Shown here piece by piece: positions 35,501 to 48,185 of a DNA stretch of 64,000 nucleotides. The translations under genes and the position numbers were made by a program. The stretch is from assembly GCA_950097015.1 (NCBI GenBank), contig CATNEN010000039.1:4030001-4094000 (forward strand). Reading direction: 5' to 3'. This stretch comes from Macrostomum hystrix. Lineage: Eukaryota; Animalia; Platyhelminthes. The notes below the pieces were generated by a model. That model had not been told where the DNA came from. It made no database searches and saw nothing but the letters and a program-made list of their open reading frames with translations. The first letter of the stretch is position 1, and each line of letters begins with the position of its first letter.

Positions 35501-38500
35501 GCTGTATATTTAGAATGGCAGCAGGAGCTGTATATTTAGAATGGCAGCAGGAGCTGTATATATAGAATGGTAGCAGGAGCTGTATATTTAGAATGGCAGC
35601 AGGAGCTGTATATTTAGAATGGCAGCAGGAGCTGTATATTTAGCATGGCAGCAGGAGCTGTATATTTAGAATGGCAGCAGGAGCTGTATATTTAGCATGG
35701 CAGCAGGAGCTGTATATTTAGCATGGCAGCAGGAGCTGTATATTTAGCATGGTAGCAGGAGCTGTATATTTAGCATGGCAGCAGGAGCTGTATATTTAGA
35801 ATGGCAGCAGGAGCTGTATATTTAGAATGGCAGCAGGAGCTGTATATTTAGAATGGCAGCAGGAGCTGTATATTTAGAATGGCAGCAGGAGCTGTATATT
35901 TAGAATGGCAGCAGGAGCTGTATATTTAGAATGGCAGCAGGAGCTGTATATTTAGAATGGCAGCAGGAGCTGTATATTTAGAATGGCAGCAGGAGCTGTA
36001 TATTTAGAATGGCAGCAGGAGCTGTATATTTAGAATGGCAGCAGGAGCTGTATATTTAGAATGGTAGCAGGAGCTGTATATTTAGAATGGTAGCAGGAGC
36101 TGTATATTTAGCATGGCAGCAGGAGCTGTATATTTAGAATGGCAGCAGGAGCTGTATATTTAGAATGGCAGCAGGAGCTGTATATTTAGAATGGCAGCAG
36201 GAGCTGTATATTTAGAATGGCAGCAGGAGCTGTATATTTAGAATGGCAGCAGGAGCTGTATATATAGAATGGTAGCAGGAGCTGTATATTTAGCATGGCA
36301 GCAGGAGCTGTATATTTAGAATGGTAGCAGGAGCTGTATATTTAGCATGGCAGCAGGAGCTGTATATTTAGCATGGCAGCAGGAGCTGTATATTTAGCAT
36401 GGTAGCAGGAGCTGTATATTTAGCATGGCAGCAGGAGCTGTATATTTAGAATGGCAGCAGGAGCTGTATATTTAGAATGGCAGCAGGAGCTGTATATTTA
36501 GAATGGCAGCAGGAGCTGTATATTTAGAATGGCAGCAGGAGCTGTATATTTAGAATGGCAGCAGGAGCTGTATATTTAGAATGGTAGCAGGAGCTGTATA
36601 TTTAGAATGGCAGCAGGAGCTGTATATTTAGAATGGCAGCAGGAGCTGTATATTTAGAATGGCAGCAGGAGCTGTATATTTAGAATGGCAGCAGGAGCTG
36701 TATATTTAGAATGGTAGCAGGAGCTGTATATTTAGAATGGCAGCAGGAGCTGTATATTTAGAATGGTAGCAGGAGCTGTATATTTAGAATGGTAGTAGGA
36801 GCTGTATATTTAGAATGGTAGCAGGAGCTGTATATTTAGAATGGTAGCAGGAGCTGTATATTTAGAATGGTAGCAGGAGCTGTATATTTAGAATGGCAGC
36901 AGGAGCTGTATATTTAGAATGGCAGCAGGAGCTGTATATTTAGAATGGTAGCAGGAGCTGTATATTTAGAATGGCAGCAGGAGCTGTATATTTAGAATGG
37001 TAGCAGGAGCTGTATATTTAGAATGGCAGCAGGAGCTGTATATTTAGAATGGTAGCAGGAGCTGTATATTTAGAATGGTAGCAGGAGCTGTATATTTAGA
37101 ATGGCAGCAGGAGCTGTATATTTAGAATGGCAGCAGGAGCTGTATATTTAGAATGGCAGCAGGAGCTGTATATTTAGAATGGTAGCAGGAGCTGTATATT
37201 TAGAATGGCAGCAGGAGCTGTATATTTAGAATGGTAGCAGGAGCTGTATATTTAGAATGGTAGCAGGAGCTGTATATTTAGAATGGCAGCAGGAGCTGTA
37301 TATTTAGAATGGTAGCAGGAGCTGTATATTTAGAATGGCAGCAGGAGCTGTATATTTAGAATGGTAGCAGGAGCTGTATATTTAGAATGGCAGCAGGAGC
37401 TGTATATTTAGAATGGTAGCAGGAGCTGTATATTTAGAATGGTAGCAGGAGCTGTATATTTAGAATGGCAGCAGGAGCTGTATATTTAGAATGGCAGCAG
37501 GAGCTGTATATTTAGAATGGCAGCAGGAGCTGTATATTTAGAATGGTAGCAGGAGCTGTATATTTAGAATGGCAGCAGGAGCTGTATATTTAGAATGGCA
37601 GCAGGAGCTGTATATTTAGAATGGTAACAGGAGCTGTATTTTTAGAATGGTAGCAGGAGCTGTATATTTAGAATGGCAGCAGGAGCTGTATATTTAGCAT
37701 GGCAGCAGGAGCTGTATATTTAGCATGGCAGCAGGAGCTGTATATTTAGAATGGTAGCAGGAGCTGTATATTTAGAATGGTAGCAGGAGCTGTATATTTA
37801 GAATGGCAGCAGGAGCTGTATATTTAGCATGGCAGCAGGAGCTGTATATTTAGAATGGTAGCAGGAGCTGTATATTTAGAATGGCAGCAGGAGCTGTATA
37901 TTTAGAATGGCAGCAGGAGCTGTATATTTAGAATGGTAGCAGGAGCTGTATATTTAGAATGGCAGCAGGAGCTGTATATTTAGAATGGCAGCAGGAGCTG
38001 TATATTTAGAATGGTAGCAGGAGCTGTATATTTAGAATGGCAGCAGGAGCTGTATATTTAGAATGGCAGCAGGAGCTGTATATTTAGAATGGTAACAGGA
38101 GCTGTATATTTAGAATGGTAGCAGGAGCTGTATATTTAGAATGGCAGCAGGAGCTGTATATTTAGAATGGTAGCAGGAGCTGTATATTTAGAATGGTAGC
38201 AGGAGCTGTATATTTAGAATGGCAGCAGGAGCTGTATATTTAGCATGGCAGCAGGAGCTGTATATTTAGAATGGTAGCAGGAGCTGTATATTTAGAATGG
38301 TAACAGGAGTTGTATATTTAGAATGGTAGCAGGAGCTGTAATTTAGAATGGCACCAGGAGCTGTATATTTAGCATGGCAGCAGGAGCTGTATATTTAGAA
38401 TGGTAGCAGGAGCTGTATATTTAGAATGGTAACAGGAGCTGTATATTTAGAATGGCAGCAGGAGCTGTATATTTAGCATGGCAGCAGGAGCTGTATATTT

Positions 38501-39022
38501 AGAATGGTAGCAGGAGCTGTATATTTAGAATGGTAGCAGGAGCTGTATATTTAGCATGGCAGCAGGAGCTGTATATTTAGCATGGCAGCAGGAGCTGTAT
38601 ATTTAGAATGGTAGCAGGAGCTGTATATTTAGAATGGCAGCAGGAGCTGTATATTTAGAATGGCAGCAGGAGCTGTATATTTAGCATGGCAGCAGGAGCT
38701 GTATATTTAGCATGGCAGCAGGAGCTGTATATTTAGAATGGTAGCAGGAGCTGTATATTTAGAATGGCAGCAGGAGCTGTATATTTAGAATGGCAGCAGG
38801 AGCTGTATATTTAGAATGGCAGCAGGAGCTGTATATTTAGAATGGTAGCAGGAGCTGTATATTTAGAATGGTAGCAGGAGCTGTATATTTAGAATGGAAG
38901 CAGGAGCTGTATATTTAGAATGGCAGCAGGAGCTGTATATTTAGCATGGCAGCAGGAGCTGTATATTTAGAATGGTAGCAGGAGCTGTATATTTAGACTG
39001 GCAGCAGGAGCTGTATATTTAG
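29585..39022. repeat. 9.4-kb satellite of 26-bp units (GGCAGCAGGAGCTGTATATTTAGAAT), ~360 copies
   Basis: Highly homogeneous tandem array between the 3' ends of DUR3 and the convergent calpain-like gene. Confidence 0.99.
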
Positions 39023-39404
39023 CACAAATTTTGCACACTGTTACAATTGCTATGCATACAATAAATTCACTTACTCGTACATGACTCCCCTGATTATTTA
39101 AGAAAGCGCCTGTTGCACACTGCAAATGATTCTTAGAAAGCCGACGTTTAAGTCGCATTTTCCTCTTTCTTTGAATAAACGTTGCTTAAGCATTTTTTAT
39201 AGTGTTGCAAAAGAATAACAAAATACATATGCATCGTCCGCAATTATTTTTATTTAAAACCTCCTTGAAATAGAAGTGTTCAACCTGGTCAATCAAATCC
39301 GCTAGTTATTCATGCACATTGTTGTTAATTTTCTTGACTTAAAAAAGTAATCAGCAGTAAAAAAACTGCCAACTTTTCACCGGAAGGCAACACAAACTTT
39401 TCGA

Positions 39405-40085
39405 CCCAGATCCCATCCCAGATCCCATCGCAGATCCCATCCCAGATCCCATCCCAGATCCTATTTCTGATCCCATCCCAATTCCCATCCCAGATACTGT
39501 CCTTGATCCCATCCCAGATCCCATCTCAGATCCCACCCCAGATCCCATCCCAGATCCCATCTCAGATCCCATCCCAGATACCGTCCTAGATCCCATCCCA
39601 GATCCCATCCCAGATCCCATCCCAGATCCCATCCCGGATCCCATCCCAGATCCCATCGCAGATCCCATCTCAGATCCCATCCCGGATCCTATTTCTGATC
39701 CCATCCCAATTCCCATCCCAGATACTGTCCTTGATCCCATCTCAGATCCCACCCCAGATCCCATATTAGATCCCATCCCAGATCCCATCTCAGATCCCAC
39801 CCCAGATCCCATCCCAGATCCCCCCAGATCCCATTCCAGATCCCATCTCAGATCCCACCCCAGATCCCATATTAGATCCCATCCCAGATCCCATCTCAGA
39901 TCCCATCCCAGATCCCACCCCAGATCCCATTCCAGATCCCATCTTAGATCCCACCCCAGATCCCATATTAGATCCCATCCCAGATACCATCTCAGATCCC
40001 AACCCAGATCCCATCTTAGATCCCATCTAAGATCCCATCCCAGATTCTATTTCTGATCCCATCCCAATTCCCATCCCAGATCTTA
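39405..40085. repeat. 12-bp minisatellite (GATCCCATCCCA)
   Basis: Tandem array just downstream of the calpain-like stop codon. Confidence 0.93.
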
Positions 40086-40129
40086 TCCAGGATTTTTCAT
40101 CCTCAAATTCCATCAAGTAATTCGGCCAG

Positions 40130-43100
40130 CTAGTCATCAATGAAAGTCAGGAATTCCCGGCAACGAATATTCGCGTCAGGGTGTCCGCCGCTGTACTCGA
40201 AGCTGGTGTCGATGATGTTCTGGAACGGCATCAGGCGGCTGTTACTGCTGGCGTAAGCAGTCAAACAGAAGTCGCCCTCCTCGCCGGGAATTCCCACCTG
40301 ACTCGGATTCGGATGGGAAAATTTGGGGATTAATTTAGTACTTATGGAATAGAAATTTTGAGTGGTAATCCTAGATCGAGGATCGTGACGGCGGTTAGGG
40401 ATTACTGATAGGAAATTGAGGATGATAATCATAGACAGAGGATATTAAATGGGGATTGGGATAAGAATCATAGACAGAGGATATTAAATGGGGATTGGGA
40501 TAAGAATCATAGACAGAGGATATTAAATGGGGATTGGGATAAGAATCATAGATGAGAGATTCTAAATGAGGACTGAATAAGGAATGATGTAATAGTCCTA
40601 GATTTAAAAAAGTCTTGACTGGGGATTTGGGACGGAATTGGTGAGTCTGCCTGATTGGGTCTCGTGGGATCGCAGCTGACGCACCTCCAAAATGATGAGG
40701 TAGGAGCCGTTGCGCAGGATCAGCAGCTCCGAGATTGGGCCGGTGGTGAAAACGGACCTGCGGGTCAGCTGATTGGCTACCGCGAGTCGACGCTCCAACT
40801 TTTCGCGGCTTTTCAACTCGACCAGCTCGCGCCGAGCCACCCGGCTGATCTCCGAGTCGCATATCAGGTAAATCTAGTTTTCAATGACAATTTAATAAGT
40901 TTATATTTAGATTGAAGCGATACAAAATCACGTTGAATTCTGGATAGATCTGCCCAATAGGACTTTCGATAGTCCTCTTTGATGGGGATGTCTGGAATGG
41001 GATCTGCAACCGGATCAGGTATGCGGGATGTCTGGAATGGGATCTGCAACCGGATCAGGGATGGGGATGTCTGGAATGGGATCTGCAACCGGATCAGGGA
41101 TGGGGGATCTCTAGAATGGTATCTGCAACCGGATCAGGGATGTGGATGTCTGGAATGGGATCTGCAACCGGATCTGTGATGGAGAATGGGAGTAAGATTC
41201 GAGTACATATCTTAATAAAGAGGGGATCAGGGGTGAGAGCTGGAATGGGAAGAATTTGATGAGTGACTTGTTTATGACGAAAAACTTCGCCAACCTGCAT
41301 CCTCGCCGGGATCTTATTGGTCCTCCGCCACTCGGTGGCAGCCTGACGCAGCGTCAGCGCCACCAAGACCAGCTGGTCGGGCCTGGACGTCCACAGCTCC
41401 AGCACGAATTGCGGACTGTAGAAGCTCTGCTGGCGACGGCTGCCCATAGTGAGAGAGTTCTTGCCGCGCACCCAGCTGCTGCTCGCCCGGCTGGCCACCC
41501 AGGGCAGCAGGTTCAGGTTGATCAAATCCTCTTGTGCGGTTGGCGGCACGTCCTGACCAAAGAAGCCGACGTCCATGTGGCTGAAGTGGCCCAGAAGATA
41601 GGCTGCAGTCTCCCAGAAGACGCCGCGATCGCTGAACATCTGATCCCTGGACATGTCCAGCAGGGACTCTGGAGCCTCTCCGCTGTTGGCTCGAGCAGCG
41701 AAGCCAAGGCCCTGTTTAGGGGCTTTGGCCAGCTCCTCGAGACGAAGCGGATTTTGGCAACGCTTTGTCTTCGACAGCGGGCTGCAGGAGATCCGACGGA
41801 CCATCAGCTGAACTGTGTGCAGCATCAGTGTGTAATATTCGCTTCTGCTTCTCTCCTGCTGTTGCTGCTGCTCTTGCTCCTTATTTGGCTTCTTCTGTTG
41901 TTCCTGCTGTTGCTTTTAGAGAATTAATATTACTCAAGTGGAAAGGGATTCGCTGTCATTGATTGTAAATAAATGTACAAAAGTCCTGCACAAGCAAAAC
42001 TGAGATAAATAGAAAATTAACTTACCGTTTGCTTTTTCATTGTTAGGAAATCTTCCAGCGAGTCGGTGCTCTGTTTAAATTTATCAACAAAATGCAAATA
42101 TATCAGGTGGAGTGGAGTGGAGTGGAGTGGAGTGGAGTGGAGTGGAGTGGAGTGGAGTGGAGTGGAGTGGAGTGGAGTGGAGTGGAGTGGAGTGGAGTGG
42201 AGTGGAGTGGAGTGGAGTGGAGTGGAGTGGAGTGGAGTGGAGTGGAGTGGAGTGGAATGGAATTCAGTACGGTGGCGCCCGAGACTGATTTTAACCTGCT
42301 TGAAGGCCAGCACAATGTAGACATCTTCAGTTTGATGCAGCATGCAGGCCGGGCTGCAGGTGCACATTTGGCATTGGGACTCCTGGCGCAGGAACACGAT
42401 GCTGTTTCGCTGCATGACGGTGAGAATTTGCAGCAGTATGATCCCCTGCTGGGTCACGTCGTCTGAGATGCGGCTGCTGAATACCTCGCAGCCTGGGATG
42501 AGTGGGCGGGGGCGAGCGGGAATTCTAGACAGCAGCAGTTGCTATGGGCTTTTAGAAGAGGATCCAAGGTTTATTTTTTAATGGGGATCAAAAATTGAGA
42601 TTTAATATGTAACTTTGGGTTGGGATTTGAAAATTTGAGAATGGGATCTTAAATGGAGAATTGAGAATAGGACGAGTTAAGACTTAAATCTAAATTGTGA
42701 CACAAAAGGTGTAGCAAAACAAAAATATATAATTGCCAACCCATCAGCATGGAGATGGCATTCTCGAAAGTCAAGGCGCGCAGCTCTAGATAGGAGCCCA
42801 GCATCTTTGCCACCGCCTTCTCCAGATAATAGGGCCAGAGCTCGAGTTCGCCCCTCTGCGGGGCGGCCAGGCTCATAAAGCGCAGCTGCGGTCCGAGCAC
42901 TCGCCGAGGCTGGCCAGTTGAGTCGATCTCCAGATAGACGCAAGAACTGCAAGCCGAAGCTAACATTGGCAGCGTGCCCTCAACGTAAACATCTTCCCAA
43001 CGGTCCAAGGACCACAAGCGAAATCGGTTGATGTCTGTCTGCGTGATGCACGAATCTTTGGGCAAAATTCGGGAGAGCAGTGACGGAAACTCCAGCAGGC

Positions 43101-44701
43101 AGTTGGCCGCCATGGACAGTCGACAGGAGGCGCCTTCATGCCCGGGACAGATGAAGCACATATCGCGCCTCAGGTTGTGATTCGTCGATACGAAGACCAC
43201 GTTGACGCTGAGCTTTTGAGAGCCGGACTCTTCATTTTCGTGCAGCATCTGCGATTTTTGAGACAAGATTTCGACAGTTCTGGATTAATCACAGCAGGAC
43301 GTCGGGAGCACGGTCACTTATTATTCATCCTTGCTGGAGTTCACCCGAATCAGTACAAATTTGGGTCGGTGTTCATCTAGCTGTACACAGCCTAGAAGTT
43401 GTAGCCTAATAGTTTGAGCGTCGGACTCACGACTTGAAGGTCGGGGGTTCGATTCCCGACTCCACTGGAACAATTTGTGTCCTTTAGCAATTGCACTTAG
43501 TTCACCCAGCTGTTAAATGGGTACCATTTAGCGTGTTGGCCTGTCGCACCAGAGTCGATTTGCTCGATTCCGCAGCGAAGCCACATTTACTTGGCAGCCG
43601 CGGAGGGATGGCCTTGGCGGGTTTGTTATGCACTGTAGGTCTTTGATGGGCAACCCAAAAGGCTCAGTGAGATTGTACACTTATGCTTGAAAATTAGAAC
43701 GAGACAGGTATACACACCTGTGCGAGTGCGTACTTGCGTACAGGATTTGTGTGCGTGTCTTCAGAAGTTAGTGGAATGGGGAGAATTGCTTCGCCGCTGA
43801 CTGTGGGTCTATACCAGGGGTCGGCAAACTCCGGCCCGCGGGCCAGATGCGGCCCTCGAAGCTCCCAAATCCGGCCCGTTGCCCTTTCTGACATCTACAG
43901 TGTCCTGTTTCATCTCTCTCGTGTCTAATCTCTCCCGTGTCTAATCTCTCCTGTGTCTCATCGCTCTTGTGTCTAATCTCTCCCGTGTCTCATCGCTCTC
44001 GTGTCTTATCTCTCCCGTGTCTTATCTCTCCCGTGTCTAATCTCTCCCGTGTCTAATCTCTCCTGTGTCTCATCTCTCCTGTGTCTAATCTCTCCCCTGT
44101 CTTATCTCTCCCGTGTCTAATCTCTCCCGTGTCTAATCTCTCCTGTGTCTCATCTCTCCCGTGTCTCATCTCTCCCGTGTCTAATCTCTCCCCTGTCTTA
44201 TCTCTCCCGTGTCTAATCTCTCCCGTGTCTAATCTCTCCCGTGTCTCATCTCTCCCCTATCTCATATTTATACAGTCAGTGCGGCCCGCTATCGTCTTTT
44301 AGGTTCTCTCTTTGGCCCGCCAGCAAATAAGTTTGCCTACCCCTGGTCTATACTGTCACGAGGTAATTCACCAATGCCCATTGCCCACTTGAAAATGAAT
44401 GATTATCATTATTATTAACCCACTTAGTCATCTGAACGGCTGCTGAAGAACTCACAGGCTTAATGCGCTGCAAAATGAATGGGCTGCTGGACTCAAATAG
44501 GAAAGGGCTGTCCGCAAACTCAATGGTCCAGGAGTTCTGCATTTCCAACAGTATGGCGTCGCTCTCCGCATGGGTGAGCATCATTCGCGGCAGCCGCTTG
44601 CCGACGTGCCTTTCATCAGAATTGGTTTCAGTTCCTTGCAGTTCCTTGCAGTTTAGCTCCTTGAAGTTGTCTATTTTTCTTTCAGTTGGAATCGCGTCCA
44701 T
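40130..44701 (-). CDS. Divergent calpain-like protein (CysPc plus domain III/C2-like), probably catalytically inactive, ~677 aa; exons 44424-44701, 42741-43279, 42296-42492, 42026-42070, 41295-41912, 40685-40873, 40130-40297
   Basis: Calpain-like motifs FRLWSLDRWEDVYVEGTLP, ELWPYYLEKAVAKMLGSYLEL, DRGVFWET..LLGHFSHMDV, SWVRGKNS..FYSPQF, GSYLIILE|VGIPGEEGDFCLTAY. Junctions are GT-AG and in phase. The exon 1/2 junction is uncertain. Confidence 0.75.
42107..42256. repeat. (GGAGT)n microsatellite, ~30 copies
   Basis: Perfect pentamer run in a calpain intron. Confidence 0.98.
43396..43527 (+). mobile_element. tRNA-derived SINE, family A (followed by a degenerate family-B-like fragment to ~43800)
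   Basis: GTTGTAGCCTAATAGTTTGAGCGTCGGACTCACGACTTGAAGGTCGGGGGTTCGATTCC...GTTCACCCAGCTGTTAAATGGGTACC. Confidence 0.78.
43815..44345. mobile_element. Non-autonomous hAT-superfamily MITE with an internal minisatellite
   Basis: TIRs CAGGGGTCGGCAAAC / GTTTGCCTACCCCTG. Perfect 8-bp TSD GTCTATAC (43807-43814, 44346-44353). Subterminal GGCCCG motifs. Confidence 0.92.
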
Positions 44702-45937
44702 TTTAGAGGCTTGGCTTTTTAATAGATTTTTAGATATGATCCACTGTCAGTAGTTGCTTAATTGACTATAGAGAAAATATTGTAAAATGAATATAAATTT
44801 AGCAATAAGACTTTTGTTGACGCTGTTACTTGCCTACTAATTCTAACATTTTGAGCCATAGACTCCGAGCTATCCATCAAATAATGACTTGGGCAGTTGC
44901 CTTAAAACCGCGTCTCTGCTCTATATAAAAAGCAGCTAGTACATGTGGCATAATCAAAATGATTCTTACTATGTTGTATATATCATGGATGCTGTATTAG
45001 ATCCGATGCTGTTTCGAATGTTATGTATTGTAACCTGGCTTGTTTGAATCGGGGCCCAAGAAAATTGCGGGAAACGTGATTCAGGTAAAAAGCAAGAGCA
45101 TCAGCCAGGTCTAATTAAGGCTGACATTCGAAGTGTCATGTTAATGTACGCTTATCAGTATGGACATTTTCGATTTGTTGCTTTTATGTCATTTACAGCT
45201 GAGGCTGAAGAATCCGATGGGTTTGGCCTCAAAAAAACTTTTTGCATCATCGCAACACCTTTGGGTGCGGGAGTTTTATTGGGGCAGCGCTGACTCATGT
45301 AATAGCGTTCAGAACTTTATGCTAATTAATTTTATCTGAGCCCCACCCGACCAGAAAGATGTAAGACCTAGCTTGCAGTATGATAGTCTTAAGTGGGACA
45401 AATTCACCAGGACTCATTCAGGAGATAGACGCCAATTCCATAGAAAAATCTTTAAGTTTCATACAGTAAAGAAATGTTACTTAATGGTCTAATTGCTAGG
45501 TAATAGGCATTATTCCTTTCAAAGTTACACATATCATGCCACTTTTGTGAACTGAATGGGTGTAATGAGCAACAATCAATTATAATTTATACTAATAAGC
45601 CATATTTTTTATCGCTTTGAGCTTCGATTCTTACAGTTTGTTAAGATTTGTCCGTCGGGAATTTCGTGAACGAATTCGAAACATTTTTTATCATCATCGA
45701 AAAACTATACTTATTGTACCGCAGTAAACTCTACTTCCACTATAAGCACAAATAAATGTGTAAAAATATAACAGCCGTTTTTAGAAATCATATTCCCTAA
45801 ATATGCTAGCCTTTTTCTTACCATGCAATAGATGGATCCAAGATATTAGGCCTAACCTTCCGTTCCACGTCGACTTTATTATAATTATAACGAGTATCTC
45901 ACTCTCGCTCTTATTAGATACCTGTAGTCTTCTATGT

Positions 45938-46178
45938 GGCCTTAATATTAACAAAAGAAATGAGATGAGATTTTTAAAAGCACAGATTCAAATTGGTTTT
46001 ATATTATATATACATTAATGTAAACTTGGTAGGTCTAAGTAATGCATTAAAACAGCCTGGTCTTAACATTAACAAAACAAATGAGATGATATGCTTAAAA
46101 GCACAGATTCTAATTGGTTTTATATTTATATATATTTATGTAAAATTGGTAGGTCTAAGTAATGCATTAAAACAGCCT
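45938..46178. repeat. ~120-bp tandem duplication
   Basis: Two similar copies, each ending GGTAGGTCTAAGTAATGCATTAAAACAGCCT. Confidence 0.85.
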
Positions 46179-46643
46179 TGTTCATCTTGCAGTAGCAAGG
46201 TCATTATTTTTGCTGGCTTTCTTAAGTGAACCGAGAGACTGAGACTGAAACCCAGTAATTTTGCTATTATTGTTTAGTTATGGTTAGGCCCCTATATAAG
46301 TGCTTTGGTTTACTTTAGTGGCATTTTGCATAGCATAGCAGAGTTAAAAGCATAGGGCATAGGCAAAGTCTAACTTCAGGCCTTAATGATTTTTCCATTT
46401 TTCATTTTAGTAAACCCCTAGCCCTAGGCATTTATTTAACATCCTCCTGATAATTTTGCTGGTTTGCCTGTTTTGATAACTTTCTAAAAGCTAGCTTGTT
46501 TTTAATCAAATTAATTCATATTATATATTTACTTAGACCTTAAAATATTTTTGGGTTTGCCTAAGTTCACTTAGCTAGTTATTGCCTATAGCTAGCATGG
46601 TTCAGAACTTCAGTGTATTTTTTGCAAAAAGGCTTTCTTGGCT

Positions 46644-47327
46644 GGAAGTGCTTATTCCCACGGTCCCGTGCCGATAATTTCAATTTTATCCAGATGGATC
46701 CGTGCCAATAATTTTCTGCTTATCTACATGGCAGCTTGTAGGGCCTATGAATAGGTCTACTTTCAAGTCCCTATACCTATTCTTCTCTGAGCATAAGGCC
46801 TTTGCTTCAGAGTATAGTGTATAGTGTACACTATCAATGCATAGTATAAAAGAATAACAATGATGTATAATATGTGTGACAAGTTTGGTGCAGACTAGAA
46901 TTCTGCTGGTTGACTCGTATGATTTTCTTTGATAGACTTTTTACTTTTTAAGTCAATATAATTCGAATGAAAACATGTAACGATGACAAAAGATTTAGTG
47001 AGTTGTTATTAAAATAATTAAAAAGGATGACATTAATGTCAGTTAATGAATGTGTAGGTCGAAATGTAGAACACTGTCGTAACACACTGGCAACTTTGTC
47101 AATCTATTGGCTCGAGGGTTCAACAAAGCGTTCAAACCTGAAAGGGCCTCGTTTCAAAGAACAGAACAGTGTTGATAAAATTGAAATTAATGGCACAGCA
47201 TATTTATATAAAGAGTTTTAGACCTATTTATATAAGCTGCCATGTGGATAAGCAGAAAATTATCGGCACGGCTCCGTGTGGATAAAATTGAAATTATCGG
47301 CACAGGACCATGGGAATAAGCTCTGCC
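46644..47327. mobile_element. Non-autonomous Mutator/MULE-like element
   Basis: About 100-bp imperfect TIRs beginning GG (GGAAGTGCTTATTCCC.. / ..GGGAATAAGCTCTGCC) and a perfect 9-bp TSD TTCTTGGCT (46635-46643, 47328-47336). Confidence 0.85.
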
Positions 47328-48185
47328 TTCTTGGCTATCATAGAATTGTTTCTTAAAGGATATTTTCTGCTTAGATTGTTTTAATATTACATAGTTCTAC
47401 ATTCTTTAATACAAAAATTAGCAAATTAACAATTGAACCAATTACCCATGGCCATACTAGCTAGCTGCTGATTTTTCTGTTATAGGCCTAGTTTTGTTGC
47501 CAAGTCATTATGACCTGATATAATTCAACTTTGGTCTATATGTTATCTAGATATCTATGGAGTAGTATTATAGTAAAAAAGTATTTAAGAAAAATGAAAA
47601 GCTAGACATAGCAATACAATTCTGGCTTGACTTGAATCTAATTATTTTTATCTTTAAATGTCTTCAAATATGTTGCAATATTTTAAGCCATATAGTGGAC
47701 AACCACCAAGGCTAGTGTCTATGTGTACAGTGCCTGACAGTCAAGGCAGGTGGTCCCTGTGTGTGTGTCTATCTATATCAGCTATGTGGATATGCATGCT
47801 AATTTCTGCATAATTCTACAAATCAGCAGAATTGGTCATTGTTAGCTCTGTATTTACTGTCATCAGATAATGTGCCAGTGCTCACAGACTGCAAATGCAA
47901 TTAATAATCAACAGCTATATCTGTAGGCATGTTATTGGGACAGTAATTGATATATTCTTAAGAAGATGCTGCTTAGAAGACAGTTCTAGGTAAAATTCAC
48001 ATATATACTTACCTGAAATTTCTGGTACATGTTTTTATAGCAATTACAGTAACCATCCTACACTGAAAGGCATACAGGGCTAGTCAAGTACACAAAATTC
48101 GAGTCAGAAGTACACTAATTATCCAATAAAAGGTTGCCTACAACTCTGACTGCCCGCAATTTGCAGCCATAGTTGAATTAGAGGC

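Noticed and set aside
29585-39022. CRISPR-like array
   Set aside because: Units are head-to-tail with no unique spacers, there are no cas genes, and the context is eukaryotic.
41256-41927. 223-aa plus-strand ORF and similar antisense ORFs over GC-rich exons
   Set aside because: Shadow ORFs opposite real coding exons, with no recognisable motifs.
42107-42256. Telomeric repeat
   Set aside because: The unit is GGAGT, not TTAGGG-like, and it lies in a short intron.
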